A stretch of DNA of 64,000 nt. Origin: Phallusia mammillata. Taxonomy: Eukaryota. The notes beneath the pieces were generated by a model. That model was not told the origin of the DNA, made no database searches, and worked only from the letters and a program-made list of their open reading frames with translations. The position numbers were made by a program, and so were the translations under genes. Shown piece by piece: positions 14,251 through 27,473 of the stretch (the first letter of the stretch is position 1; every line of letters starts with the position of its first letter). The stretch is from assembly GCA_965637545.1 (NCBI GenBank), contig OZ281495.1, positions 22,816,001 through 22,880,000 on the forward strand. The letters are read 5' to 3'.

Positions 14251-17200
14251 ATGGCTTCATGTCTGCCACGTGACTTTAGGCTACCCAAATGGCCAGGTAG
14301 CCGCAATGTGATGGTAAAACACCCCAAACTAATTGAATCGTCACCGATTTCGACCGAAAATCTTTGGAAGGGGAGTAAGTTTGAATCTGTCAGCTCCGGC
14401 ATAAAACGTAAGATATATAACAACACAAACGGTGTTGAAAATTGTTCATGAAGTTGGTATGGAAATGCTTGGGAGACCCTGATTGGGTATGACGCTTTCA
14501 ATAGGCCTGTTGTACTTTGAAGTTTGTGAAGGGTTTGAGTGATATTTGCAAAAGACTACTGTTATGGGTTTTTTTCCACTCTCCTCTATTTCGTAGCAAA
14601 ATTGCAGCTTTTGACTCAAAAACAAATATGGTTGGTCTGACTTTATTTATTGTATTTGCGACCAGGTTCTAACACACAGAAAAAAATACTCTTAGGGTTT
14701 TTCTTCTAATTAACCCACTTTTTTAAAATAATGTCAAACTTATCCATTTTTACAGTGTCTCGCAGTAGCAACAACAATAACAACAGCAACCCGAGACCAA
14801 CTGAGAGTCGTTCACAAATCAATATTAATAGCAGTAGCAGAATTTCCAGCGACTCCGGTAACTGGGTGACGAAACTGCAGCAGCATACCCGTCCGAATTT
14901 TCGTCCAGAGGCTGTGAATCACAATAACAACAGTAGACCTATTGTCCAGAACCCTGTAAACCATCAACAAGCTGCCAACCTAGGCCTTTCGCCACGGGAA
15001 CAACCCCAACATGGCAAAAGCGAAACTAATGGTACCAATAACCCTAAAGGAATATGGAGGGGTAAACCGGTGATATATGACTGCGAAAGGTCGTCTCGAT
15101 CCCCTATGCCGCACTCTGTACCCGATGGAATGGACGAATCCTTGTTATTCGAATCACGTTTTGAGTCAGGAAACTTGCGCCAAGTGCGCAGAATGTAAGT
15201 GTTACATTTTTGTCAGGCTCTGCTGGGGCTTTACACATATAATCTGGGTTTGCCCTTAACACTTTTACAGAAACAAATGCTTCGCAAGGATTAAGCTTTA
15301 TTGGCATAGCACATAAGTCTGCGTATTGTTAGTATCCATTTAATTGAAACTCAAATTTTAAAATCTATTTTGAATGCGGCTTTCTTCCATTATGTAAATG
15401 TAAATCATTACACTTTGATAAAAAAGCTTGCCTGCTGTTTACTATGCCCTGTATCTTCACCGTGTTTTTGAAACAAAACGTATTTGAGGCAGTTTTTTTG
15501 ACTCATTGTCATCTTACTATTTAAGAATTGAATCTCTTATCGTTACTGCGAAGTCTGTAGTTTTCGTTTTCTTTAGAAAACTGTAAATAAGTCAACTTCA
15601 ATTCCAGATCGGAATTTGAATACGAGTTGGTATTGAGGACGGACATGTACACGAATCGTCACACGCAGTGGTATTACTTTCGTGTACAGAAGGCTAAGAA
15701 AGGTCGAACTTACAAGTTTAACATCATCAATCTGCTCAAGAAAGACAGCTTGTACAACTATGGTAGGTATTTCCACAAGTCGTTTGCAAACTCATAATTT
15801 ATGGTAATTTATATACTCAGTTGTGTACGTCGTTATCTTGTAGGAATCAGCCTGTGTAACAGGATGGTGACCGACAGATCTGTCTCTACTTATCAAATAT
15901 AAATAGTAATTTAGCCCACTTAAAACACATCGCCAGTTTCCGTCCATAAGAAAAGTTCATCAAAATGAAACATAGAAGCTTGTGTTCTTAATGTGTGACA
16001 ATTCTGCCATGTGTTTTTTCAATCCCAACGTAGGTATGAAACCTCTTATCTATTCCGAGCATCTCGCAAACGAACAAGGCGTTGGTTGGCATCGTTCGGG
16101 TGAAAACATAAAATACATGTCATGGAACAACGCCACACGGAACGCCATCCTCTCATTGGACCTCCAGTACTACTGCCTGGAATTCGAGGTATATAAGTTT
16201 ACATCACTAAGTGTCACGTATACCAACTTCATAGCTTGAAGCACAGCCTTTGGACTATTGTTTTACTGTAAGAGTAAGTGTTTGAAATTTCGCAGCATGC
16301 AAATTTACAACGCCAAATCTTCGTTATATCCGACACCTGAACTTTAGCACAGCTATAACGCACCAGAATTTGCTTTTTGTGCGCCAATGCTATTGTGCGT
16401 TCGACGGCCATTCGCGTTCAATGCAAGCCACTCGAAAGTCAATCAACGCGGTCGAGTGGCAGCCGATCGAAGTGTCTTGCGAGTGCTTTTGGCAAATACT
16501 TGACATTCAGCGCTTTCGTACTGAACCCGACGCCCCCATAGTTCCAACGTGGCCATCAACCGCTGTTTGTTTGTTCTGTGAGCCGATTTTGTTGTGGATG
16601 AATGCACTTTAAAGTTGATACCGCTAGGATTAGTGTCCGATGGAACGTTAAGTGGTTTTATTTGAAGAATCGCTGGAAAGGGATGGGTTTGCTGGTCGCT
16701 CGAGTCCATCCTTTTTTTCCTGGGGATGTTGTACGTGCTGTGATGTTACGACGTACATTAGTGTGTGGAATATAGAACTTTCTTTGTTGTCGTAATTTTC
16801 TTTCCTTGATACTTTAGGTGTTTCCCGCTTAGCCAACATCGGCATAACATAAAAGTGTATCATTTTAAGGGATGCTGTGCGGTTCTTGTCTGCCATATAC
16901 ATGAGCGCGTTTCTGGCGATTTCGGCATGCGTATTGTTTAATTAAAAGCGCGGTGTTTCTTGATTGGCTGGCTACATTTATCCTTATTTTGCCGTCAATA
17001 GCAATCCAATATATAACTTTAAACAAAGCTGTACCCCACTGCAGTCATTCTACGTCAAACTTCTACTGCGTACGTAACCCACCACACTATAGTACCACTT
17101 TAAATCCTACTTAAAACGCGTTCAACTGCAGGTCACATTCGATTGGGACGGGGTTGAAGAGGACACAATCTACCTTGCACATTGCTACCCTTACACATAC

Positions 17201-20200
17201 TCCGACCTGCGACGGCATTTGGATTTAATGATGGAAGACCCCGAGGTCGCGCAGCATGTGAAGAAGGAAGTTTTATGCGAGACAACGGCCGGTAACGCCT
17301 GCTTTCTTCTGACCATTACCGAATTCCCAGACAGGGAGAAGGACAAGTATAAGGATTTTCATCAGGTAGACGAGTTGGCATTTAATTTTGGTAAATGTGC
17401 ATCAATATCCCTGGACAGGCTCTAGGCATACTTTTCGTTATGATTTTCCGTCGCCTTTGATACAACTGTACCAATTTATATCGCCTTTTCTTTGTTTTAC
17501 GAGTAGCAAATGTCAAAACGTTAGTTTCATACTGACATACTGGCATGTTTCTTTGCCTAAACATACACAAATATAACTTTTGAACCCACCTTTTCCTAGT
17601 GCTAAGAACACACTTGTGTGCAGGAGAAACAAGGCGTCGTCCTCACTGCAAGAGTGCATCCGGGTGAAACACAAGCAAGTTGGATGATGAAAGGTGTCCT
17701 TGATTTTCTCACCTCAGACCAACCCAACGCCAGAAAACTTAGACAGAAATATGTGTTCAAGGTAGCATTAATGTCTATAAAGTCCTATCTATTGTGGTTG
17801 CTCAACTTCTAATCGTGTTTGTAGAATTAAAATTCTTGCTATCACGACACCTTGCTGCACACCACAATTTTCTTTAGATTGTGCCAATGCTGAATCCCGA
17901 TGGCGTAATTGTCGGCAATTACCGAACGTCACTTGCGGCACGTGACTTGAACCGGAACTACCGTCACCCACGTCAGGGAACATTTCCCACGATTTGGCAT
18001 ACGAAGCAGATGGTCGATCAGTTCAACAAAGACCACCCGGTATAGATTTATCTCATTGCTCAACAGTTGTTTCACTTGAACTAGTTGTTTCTAATCTATG
18101 CGAATATTATGCCGCTTGTAGCGATACCGGTATTATGGAGAAGTGGCTCTAAAATATGTCTAAAATGTTTGCGCCTTTCTGGTCTCGGCCGCTTGTGCAA
18201 TCAGCCCAGTTGAAGTCACAAACTCCAAAAAATTCAAACAATAAAATGTATTGCAGCTTTGACAGTGAACTTATTGTGAGCATAACGCACCATTGTGAAC
18301 ATAACACAAAATAAATCTTACCGGCAATTTTATAGCCATGATAATGTCTTTCAGTTATGGTTTGGGATTTATAACGCGAAAAAAACTACCGTACAAAACT
18401 TTCACCCTAATTTAAATTTACGCGACTTGGCAAACAAAACAAATACTTAAAGGCATGCTGTACAGCTGGAACTGCGTTATGTTACTTTATAAATCATAAT
18501 TAGATTACAATCTGTGTAATGTGACTTTTATATGTTTGTTGATCCTTGATTAAATCATGTTTTGACATGCAGATTATCCTCTACTGCGACCTGCACGGCC
18601 ACAGTCGAAAGCACATGGTGTTTATGTATGGGTGTGAACGGAAAGCACTTTACAATAAGCCTAATGTTCGAAAACCAAGAGGAGATTCTGGAGAAGCAAA
18701 ACCTGCGACTGAAGCTCCACAAGAGGTGCCAGAGAAGCCTCGAAGTTCTTTGGACGACGCACGCGACTTTGTAGAAGAAAGATTGTTTCCATGGCTTATG
18801 TACAGGCTTGCACCCACTAGGTAAAAGTATTTGCAGATTTGTTGCAGGATTATACCTTTGAACAGTAGGAATGCCAAAACTCCTACAATGTAAGAGCGTT
18901 TCATGTCGTACTCGGGTTTATTTGACGGTGTGCAAATTGAGCGTAACGGTAGGTTACTTACCTTCGGTGTTTGTTTTTGTTCAAAATTAAATGTTTCCAA
19001 ATTTACTGTCAAAAAGTAGGTTGTTGAAAGAAACTTGTCAGCTTTAAAGATTACGGTTTTGATCATTTTATGATTGTAACTCGATAATCAGTGCTTGCTT
19101 ACTGATTAGGTGTTTCGATTTTTTGGCCCAAATAACCACATTTAAGTCATCGATTTTTTGAATTTGTGTGATGTGATACTTTGTTTTTAGATTCTCCTTC
19201 CATAGCACAAAATTTGCAGTACGCAGAAGCAAAGAGTCAACCGGTCGTGTCGTGATGTTTCGACAAATGGGAATTTACAACAGTTTTACTATGGAAGCTT
19301 CTTTTTCTGGAACTAAGTTCAACAAAGAGTATGTTTTATGCCTTAAACATCATTTTTTGAATTTATAGTGTTTAGTGTTTTGCACTGAATATGCAACAGT
19401 TGTAAATACATATGTTGTTATTTTTTTGTTATTTTGTCATTTTACACAGCAAGGGTCGTCATTTTAACATCGACGACTTCCAACTCATGGGACGAAAGCT
19501 ATGCGAATGCGTTCTCGAATATTCGCGAGTGTGCAATGATCCAATCGCTAAATCCCGCGCCATTCTTGAAATGACTCGCGAAGTTGCTCAAAAGGTTCGT
19601 ATCGATCCCTTTTATGTCTAACATCAGTCGTTACTCGCTCCATAAGGCGTACTGTAAACTTTGACTGTTAGTTGGGCTATCGATTAGGTTAGGGCCAAAA
19701 CATGAATTTGAAAATGATTGTACCTAAAACCGACTGAAATGTTGCGTTGTATAATTGTGTCATTTGTTACTAGTCGTAAAATTAGTTTATTTTGTAGCTT
19801 CTTCTGGATCGAAAACCATCCACAACTACCTCAATGCCAGTGCTGGCCCCCAAAACCTCCAAGCCGCCCGACAAACAGCTGCAAACGAATTCAACTTCAA
19901 ATCAGCAGATGGGTATGTATTATGGTCACGTTTTACCTTTTTCTTCAGTAATGTTCTAAGACAGTATTTCTGTGAATGGCAAAACAGAAAATATGATTTT
20001 TAAGTTACACTCACCACTATGGGCTTATTTGACGCTAACAACGTGCAAAAATTTTCTCATGTTATTTTACACACCGAACAAAGGAAAAAATCCCCTATTC
20101 ATTTTCAGGTTCACCATAAATTTCCCCCTTTTCTAACCCCAACAAAGTTAAAAAAACGACAAAATTTTCTATTTTTCTTAGGTCCAGCGCCTGAAACACC

Positions 20201-23200
20201 GCGCAATGGTTTGACAGCGGAAATTGGTGTCCAAAACTCAACTGACATCGTAAAGTCAATCAACGAGGAATGCAGGAAGCAGACTCGAAGTAAGCAGCCA
20301 GTGAAAAGCGATGACCAGCAGCGGACATTCGATGACGTGGCATCAGATTGTGACGTAATTGATGACGTAGAGACACTTTCCGAGACTGTAGTCGGTGAAG
20401 AATTAGTAAAGCAACATGAAGAGGAAAACGATCCTGAACTTGATGTGAACTGCTTTAAGTTTTTGCAGCAACTTAATCTACAACAGCTGGAAATGGAATC
20501 AGAGTAAGTTTCATGACATTCTTTATTTATGATAAGTGAAACATTCATTAAATTGGGTTACTCAAGGGCATTGGAACGAGGTCTTTAGCTGTTTTTCGAA
20601 GTTAAACAAAGAACGCTAAACATTACACAGAACCTCGTTTGCTGAAATATGTCAATTCGGTTAAATTCAGAAAAAGGGAGATAAAAACGCAGCGGTTGCT
20701 CCAGAGGCCAGCAAACATACAGGCACTCTAAAGAGTAAAGTAGATGGAAAGCAGTGATTGTGTAAATATAAACAAACCAATAAGATTTGACAGAAATATT
20801 GTTGTATCTTAATAGCATTTAAACACCTTTGTTCGGGAGCAGATCAAGCTCGGAGAGCAACAGTGATTCGGAACCGGAGCTTCCTCCCGATGCTCCATCT
20901 TCTGGTGGTAAGACTCGCTCCTCCCAGCCGGGAAGCGGAGCACGCAAGAAAAAGAAAAAGAAACGTCAACAGAGAATCGGCAAGTCTGTTTCTGCTCCAT
21001 CTAACGTGCAATCGTCAATACCGCAGCAAAGAAAAGTATCAGAGGATACGCTATCAAAGGAGACAGTTATCAAATCTAAGGTATAAGGAAAGGCGCCAGT
21101 TTAAATATATCAGTAGATGTTAAAGATATTTTTTTAAACATTTTTTCGTTTCTTTAGCAACAAGTTAACTACCCAGGTTTTGTGAATAAATATGCGAATC
21201 GAAGCAACGGCGGAATTCCAATTTTTGCGCAGGAACGTATCAAGGAAAGAGCGGCTAGAAGGTTGGTCAAAGTAATCAAATCCATGTGCCACTTCTTTTA
21301 CACTGTGTTACACATATTACGTGCTTGCTATGCAGTATTAAACTCCTGGATTAAAGTTGACTTACCAGCAACCCAGTTCCCGATTCAGACAAATGTAGCT
21401 ATGTGACTAGCCAGATTTGTACACGAAACGAAATCTTAATTATATGAAAATTCATGGCTCTATAGTTTGTTTTTTGAATCTTCAACTATGGTTGCGTTTT
21501 TTGCGCGCTAGACTGGCCGAACTAAAGGTTGCAGAGGAAGACCGAAAGCAGCAGGAACATCAACTTCGACAGCAATTACTTATGGCTGGAATTCAGGACG
21601 GACCGAACGTGCAGTACGAAATACACGTACGTTGGTAATCTTGTTTCGCTGAACTAACATTTCGAGTGCTCTTCATTTGGTGTTCGTAAATTACAGACTG
21701 ACAATCCAGAAGCCCATGACGGGTATTCAGAGATATGTGGTGTTCGATATAAAGTCAGCAATCAAGCAAGAAAGTAAGTAGCAACGGGTTGGTAATTTTT
21801 TGGCGCTTTGTCTACTTGATCGGGCTGTTACAAGGCCATTCATGGAATCAAAAAATACCAGCATATTGACAACATTAATGTGTTTTTTTCTTTGTCCATT
21901 TTTTAAGTTTTTTTTTCATATTTTAAAGATTATGGTCACACAGTTTGTCGTACTGTCATTTATATTCTCGAGTCCTCTTCTTATTGACAACTACTCTCGG
22001 TATAAGTGCAGTGTTCTTTTAATATAATTAGTTAGGTACCGGTTGTTCTTATTTGTTACCTTTGGGGAAATCATTGTACCCAAGTTATTCTGAGGAAACT
22101 AGCTTCGTTAACAACCAAATTTCGATGTTGGTAGCAATTGGTCCTCTATCCAAAATCAGCAATTCGGTACCCAATATATTGTAGTGTATGTAATCTGAAA
22201 AAGCCATACATTATAATATTTTTTCATGCTTGGTTTTATTTGAATTAGGCTTGCACCCATTATAGTAGATTGATTTGTTATGGTGTGATTTTACCGGCCA
22301 GTGGGTGGAGCAAGAGGATTAAAATTTCTTGTGTTGCCAAGGGACTCTTTAAGAAGAAAGTGAAAAAACAAAATTGTCAAAATAACCTGTTTTGTATCAA
22401 ATTAAATCGATTCTGCAATTATTCAAAACTACATCATTATGTGGTTGTACAGGGTACAGTACATGCTTTACAACCCGTACCGATCATCGTCGCCGACATC
22501 TAACGAAGAACCTCGACCAATGGTAACGATGCGATTCTCACCGCCTAATCAGCTGCGCAGACGGGAGGCGGACGAAATTCCTTTTGCAGAACAACGCAAA
22601 AAGTCGGCGGACATTTACACACCCTACCGCGTCCAGGCTCCAGGTAAATTAATTTTACATTAGGTGATCTATGTGCTTCAACCCGTTTAACCTGTATCGA
22701 GAATACGTTATGTTTCAGGAACTATGAAGCGTTGTCTTGCCCATTCTGTGGTCCTTTGAGTACACTAAATATAATCGTAACTTAGATTTTATAGCGAAAA
22801 GAGGCTCCAAGTAATTGGATGTTTTACCCTATTGTCCCCTAAAAACGTGTACAGACTAAGTTATAATTATCCATAAATGTTTATACTGACAGGCATTTGC
22901 GAAAAACAGTACCATAAAATAGACATACATCTTCTTATGGCGTTTAATTTTTTTAGCCGGACGCCTCTCCAATCAACGTGCGTTAAATAGTCTCACAGAG
23001 CTTTCGGATTCGTCTGAAACACGAACCGAACCTTCAAGCAGTCAATCCAGCGATTGCGCAATTCCACCTGACGAGTCAAAACAAGTTGACCAATCAGAAG
23101 CGCTAACAGCCGAAGGCGAAAAATTCGAGCCCAGATCTGTTGTTGTTCCAATTCAGAAGTACAACATGTCATTAAAGTCGCTCAAGAAACCCTGGCATCA

Positions 23201-23963
23201 GAAAACAGCGTTTACTGCGTTTTCGGCTAAATCTGATGTGGATTACGAACATCACTCTGGTTCGCCACATGATTCCACAAGTAGTAAGGACCAACTACAT
23301 ACTACTGTATCAGAACTGGTCCTGCCACCCAACATGGACTTAACAGACGTAATGACGGCGCACATGCGTTACCCTGTGCAAGTACATAGGGTCGAAGCCA
23401 TGAAGCCTCTTCCCAGAGGCAGAACTATATCGCGAGGGCCGCCGATGGTTTTCGGAGAACCCGTAGTAATGGCCCAGAAGGCACAAGACGGTGCACCCCC
23501 ACCAGTTGCAGCTCCCCCGAGCACTGGAAGCCATAAACGCCGCGTAGACCCGCCTTCATTTGTACGTGCAGCAACATTTGCTCATTTCAAAGACAGTCAG
23601 CCTGACTTGTTTATTGAAAATCGACGCGAGCGCACGCTTGACCCTGAGGTAACCGTAAGCCAACCTGAAGCGGAGGATACATACGAACGGCAATTGATAG
23701 CGGAGCAGAAAGCCGTACGCAAAGTCGATACATCTGTGCCTAACGAAGACAATAATACTAGTCTTCTGCAGTCGGACGATAGACCGCGTTTTGTTCCAAG
23801 ATTTGTTGCAGTGGCTCCAAATCGTAAAACCGGGTTCAGCAGCGATGACCAAGTGATTGACACAGGGAGTTTTAGCGCTCGAAGTCGTACACAAGGCTTG
23901 ACTGGAGTTCCTGGTGAACAATCGGACAATGATTCTAGTCGACAACCGTTTACTGTCAGATAA
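14251..23963 (+). CDS. AGBL2: Cytosolic carboxypeptidase 2/3-like (M14D tubulin deglutamylase)
   Basis: Exons encode [12 protein letters not shown] (about 15150), [15 protein letters not shown] (15609-15762), GMKPLIYS (16034-16188), [11 protein letters not shown] (17131-17365), ARVHPGE (Zn ligands, 17624-17761), [26 protein letters not shown] (17878-18040), [10 protein letters not shown] (18572-18820), FTMEASF with the catalytic Glu (19191-19328), then a long low-complexity C-terminus ending at TAA 23963. The start at 14251 ([15 protein letters not shown]) is my best guess. AGBL2 versus AGBL3 cannot be separated. Confidence 0.9.
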
Positions 23964-24832
23964 TACAACCACACAATCTACATCTTGCACTTATTTTTCT
24001 GTATTGAATTTGATGATGAAATTTGCTCAAATTGAGTGTTTGTTTTCTTTAATATCAACAGTATCGTGCCAGAAATGAATTTTATTTTAATAAAACCAAA
24101 ACTCTTACAAGGCGCGATCAGGTTTCTTTAACAACGTTGTACTATGCAAGAGGAATCAAAGTATACAGTTTTTTAGGTGATTTGAGAAAGTGTAACCTTG
24201 CAACCGAGCAGCTGTGTCCAAATATTTGTTTTGTTATATGTAAAAAAAAAATATTCTTAAGATTTCAACAAGGCATGGCAGCCGTCATCCACAGTTCTGT
24301 AACAAATCTTAGTAGGAACACTACATAAGGTTTTAATTAATATTTAATGATAAGTTTTGTCGAAGCTGTCCCACATGAAATCTCACTAGCGTACCAAATA
24401 ACTTTGCAAAACGTTTAGTTTTCCGCTAATGAAAAATAGCAAGCAGAGGTTGTAAAACCAATTTACTTATATGTGTTGAATATTACTTTTCTCACTGTGT
24501 TTCTTAACCCCCGACCAAAACAGTTCATGAAAGGTTTTAAATTTTACGACCTCGAAATACCGATATATTTTCATACCGTTTTCAATATTTTACATTTAGT
24601 TGAATTCGCAATGCATTTGTAGGAAGAAAAATAATCCGTGGTCCGGCCTTGGAACACTGATTTAGCATAGGCCTACTGCATTTTCCTTTAAAAGTATTAT
24701 TTTTTGCAGTTATCAGGTGTTAGTTCAAGTTGTATGATACGACTCGAGTTAAAACCACCAAACAGAAACGCATAAAAAAGTAGTGAAATCCTTTCTCTCA
24801 TTCTAATCAGGATGCTAGGACGCTAGGTCATT

Positions 24833-24848
24833 GTTGTGGCATGGCAAC
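24833..24848 (+). promoter_or_regulatory. RFX X-box-like motif
   Basis: GTTGTGGCATGGCAAC with a perfect CATGGCAAC half-site, about 70 nt upstream of an ATG-containing candidate exon. Confidence 0.35.
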
Positions 24849-24919
24849 GTACCGAATGAAGTTTTTCAAAACGAATATAATTTGTAGTGTTTTGTTTATT
24901 CAGCATAGGTTGCTTTACA

Positions 24920-27152
24920 ATGGATTATTACAATGACCAGGCACAAAGCTGGCTCCGAGGTTTGTTCATTGATTTCTTGCCCTCAAAAATCCTATGCTAA
25001 TAATCCCAAAAGTCAACACACCCTTCAAATCAAAAGGATTTGGATAAGAAAAAGTTCAAACGGACTTCTTTCCTTTATTAAACTAAATGTCGATTTGGCT
25101 TAACAAACCTGGTTAATTTTTAGATCCTTTAGTTACCACAAATTGATATTTATACTTCACACTTTATTAACACCTCAGCCAAAAGTCACAATCAATTACA
25201 TCGAAACGGAAACCGTATGTACAGAGAGTTTGACTATTGTTCCGTCGCAAGTATGACTTTCAAAAACAAACATTGTACTAAATGGCTCGAGCATATACAA
25301 GTGCTTGTAAAAACTAGGCAGAATCGTATGTACATTTTTGATTAATTTTGCCTAAATATTTAAATTACGCTTTTAGCATGGTAATTTGTCAAAGCCCAAG
25401 TTTTTCAACGTAGGTTATGCCAAACAAAAATATCTTAACGCTAAACAAATTTGAAGAACTAAACATCTACAACAACGTGGACATTATGTTGGTGGAAATA
25501 TTAATCTGCACCCAATGAATTACTGCCTGGACTTGTTCATAGCCAATTTATGTATATTCACAGTGAGAGTACCAATGCTGTTCACACAAAACCAACTAAA
25601 GAATTATGTTATACGTACAGACGATTAGGTGTCGCAAAACCTGTACAAATATTGGCAATGAGTGAGCTCAAATCCCTACTGAATGAATCCATTTATCCCG
25701 AACACGTGCGCCGACATGCCTAATCGTAGCCAACGTCCACAATAAGCGGTGTTAGGAACTCAGAATGCCTAATCCCCATCGAAAATGACCTTCCCCTATA
25801 CAACGACTTATACACGCTCTCAGGGCTATGAGCACCAGGGCCAGGCTTCTTTGTACTATCTCCGGGCATGTAGCATCTCCCGCCTAGCGAGTACAAGGGA
25901 GCGCTCCGGCGGTAGCGACTGGGCGGCACCACCTTGTAACCGGCGGGACCCGGTGTTCTCGCCAGGTCCTCAGCAAAGCCGTGACCGCTTGTGCGACCAC
26001 TAAGCGTGTAACATGGACTTGATCTCTTATGGGGCACTCTGTTCCCTAAAGCAGACGGAAGCCTATAGGCGTTGGGCGCAGGATTGGGATCGGTTCTTCT
26101 TAGTCGGGTGCGAGCAGAAAGAGAATAGCTTGGAGCTTTTCGTTCGTTAGGTGGATGCACTCTCTCTGACCTATATGTTCCTGGACCAGGTGTGTTGAAC
26201 AGGTCTGCAACACAGAAATACTTACATTTGATTATAGATCCCTACTGATGGGATGTAAGTTTCCCAAAATTTATTACCATTCTCCTTCTAAGGCGTTCAT
26301 TTGTGAAAAACGTTTTTTAGTCAGCTTGGTCACTCGTTACCTAACAATTTAGGGACTCAACGGTTTCATCATTGTATTCCTATGTGTTAATTGTTGTAGT
26401 CTAACCCACAAACCATAATGATATAATTAGTAAAAAATAATTAACAAACAGGCCACCTGATCGGGCCCATAGTCAACAAAGTTGGATTATCAGGGTACAA
26501 TTTAAGCGTTTGGTTCTACTCTTCTTGCTTTGATTGACAGCGAAGTTGACTTTATTTTTTTCACTGTTTTAGAAATGATAGCACACGTTCTGGCTTTGTT
26601 GTACCCGTTTTGCCTAATCAATCTCACTTACAACTCGTATTTACAACAGCTAAGATACAAATAGTAAATTTCATAATTTGTTGCAACTATAGGCTTATCC
26701 ATAAACCTCCAAGTTTAATTGCAGTAAGCTTGAAGCTTCTTTGCTGAGTTGCGAATTGTTTTTTGCACTTAAGAAGTAGATTATACACCAAACTACATCT
26801 TGAACTATATAGCCTATGCTTTTCGTTAGTGTTTGTTGATGATGTTTTCAGTGAACTAAATATAAGCTATTGATCTACATGTTGATTCGTCTGCCTTTAA
26901 TGCCAGTTGTTATTGAACTTCTGCTTTTTCATGTACTACGTATTAAGGTGGAACAAGTTGATTTCTTGTTCAACTTCACATGTTAAAGTTTTTGTAGCGA
27001 AAAGTATCATTTCATGCAAATCAATGATCAGAGAACAACGATTGGAGTGGAAGAGAAGAGCGTCATGCAAAACGAAACTAAAAGCTTCAAACTATAAACG
27101 CTACAAAACAATTATTCATGACATGAATCATATAGGGATGGCTCAAATGTAA
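24920..27152 (+). CDS. Candidate small spliced ORF (38 aa or 76 aa)
   Basis: Exons 24920-24959 and 25179-25214 have consensus splice sites and are in frame (MDYYNDQAQSWLRAKSHNQLHRNGN). They continue in phase with either 25414-25454 or 26998-27152 (..MIREQRLEWKRRASCKTKLK..). No homology recognised. Confidence 0.25.
25720..26204 (-). CDS. ODF3: ODF3-like duplicated terminal exon (alternative last exon B)
   Basis: Acceptor ttctgtgttgcag|ACCTG at 26204. Encodes LFNTPGPGTY..PNPAPNAY..LARTPGPAGY..KPGPGAHSPE..MGIRHSEFLTPLIVDVGYD*, collinear with exon 27955-27474. Same phase as that exon; no own ATG-bearing 5' exons seen in 26205-27473. Confidence 0.8.
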
Positions 27153-27473
27153 GGTAATCTCTTAAATGGAACTTTTAGGACGGTTCCTCATTACTTTCTA
27201 CATCAATAAATAAATTTCTACAAAAGATTATCTATTTGGTATTACATCAAATATGCATTACGAACGTATGGTGAGACCTCGTTTCTACTGGGACGGAGAA
27301 GTAAAGAATTTCTATGATACAGAGAACAGTTAAAAAGCACAAGAGGACACAAAGAATCTCGAAAATGCTTTACATTTGCACAAAGTAGTAAGGGTGCAGT
27401 CCAAAATCTCGCGACGCAAGCCAGGTCCTATATTACAGAATTCGCATCGGAGACAGTAAAAATGGTCCAGTGA

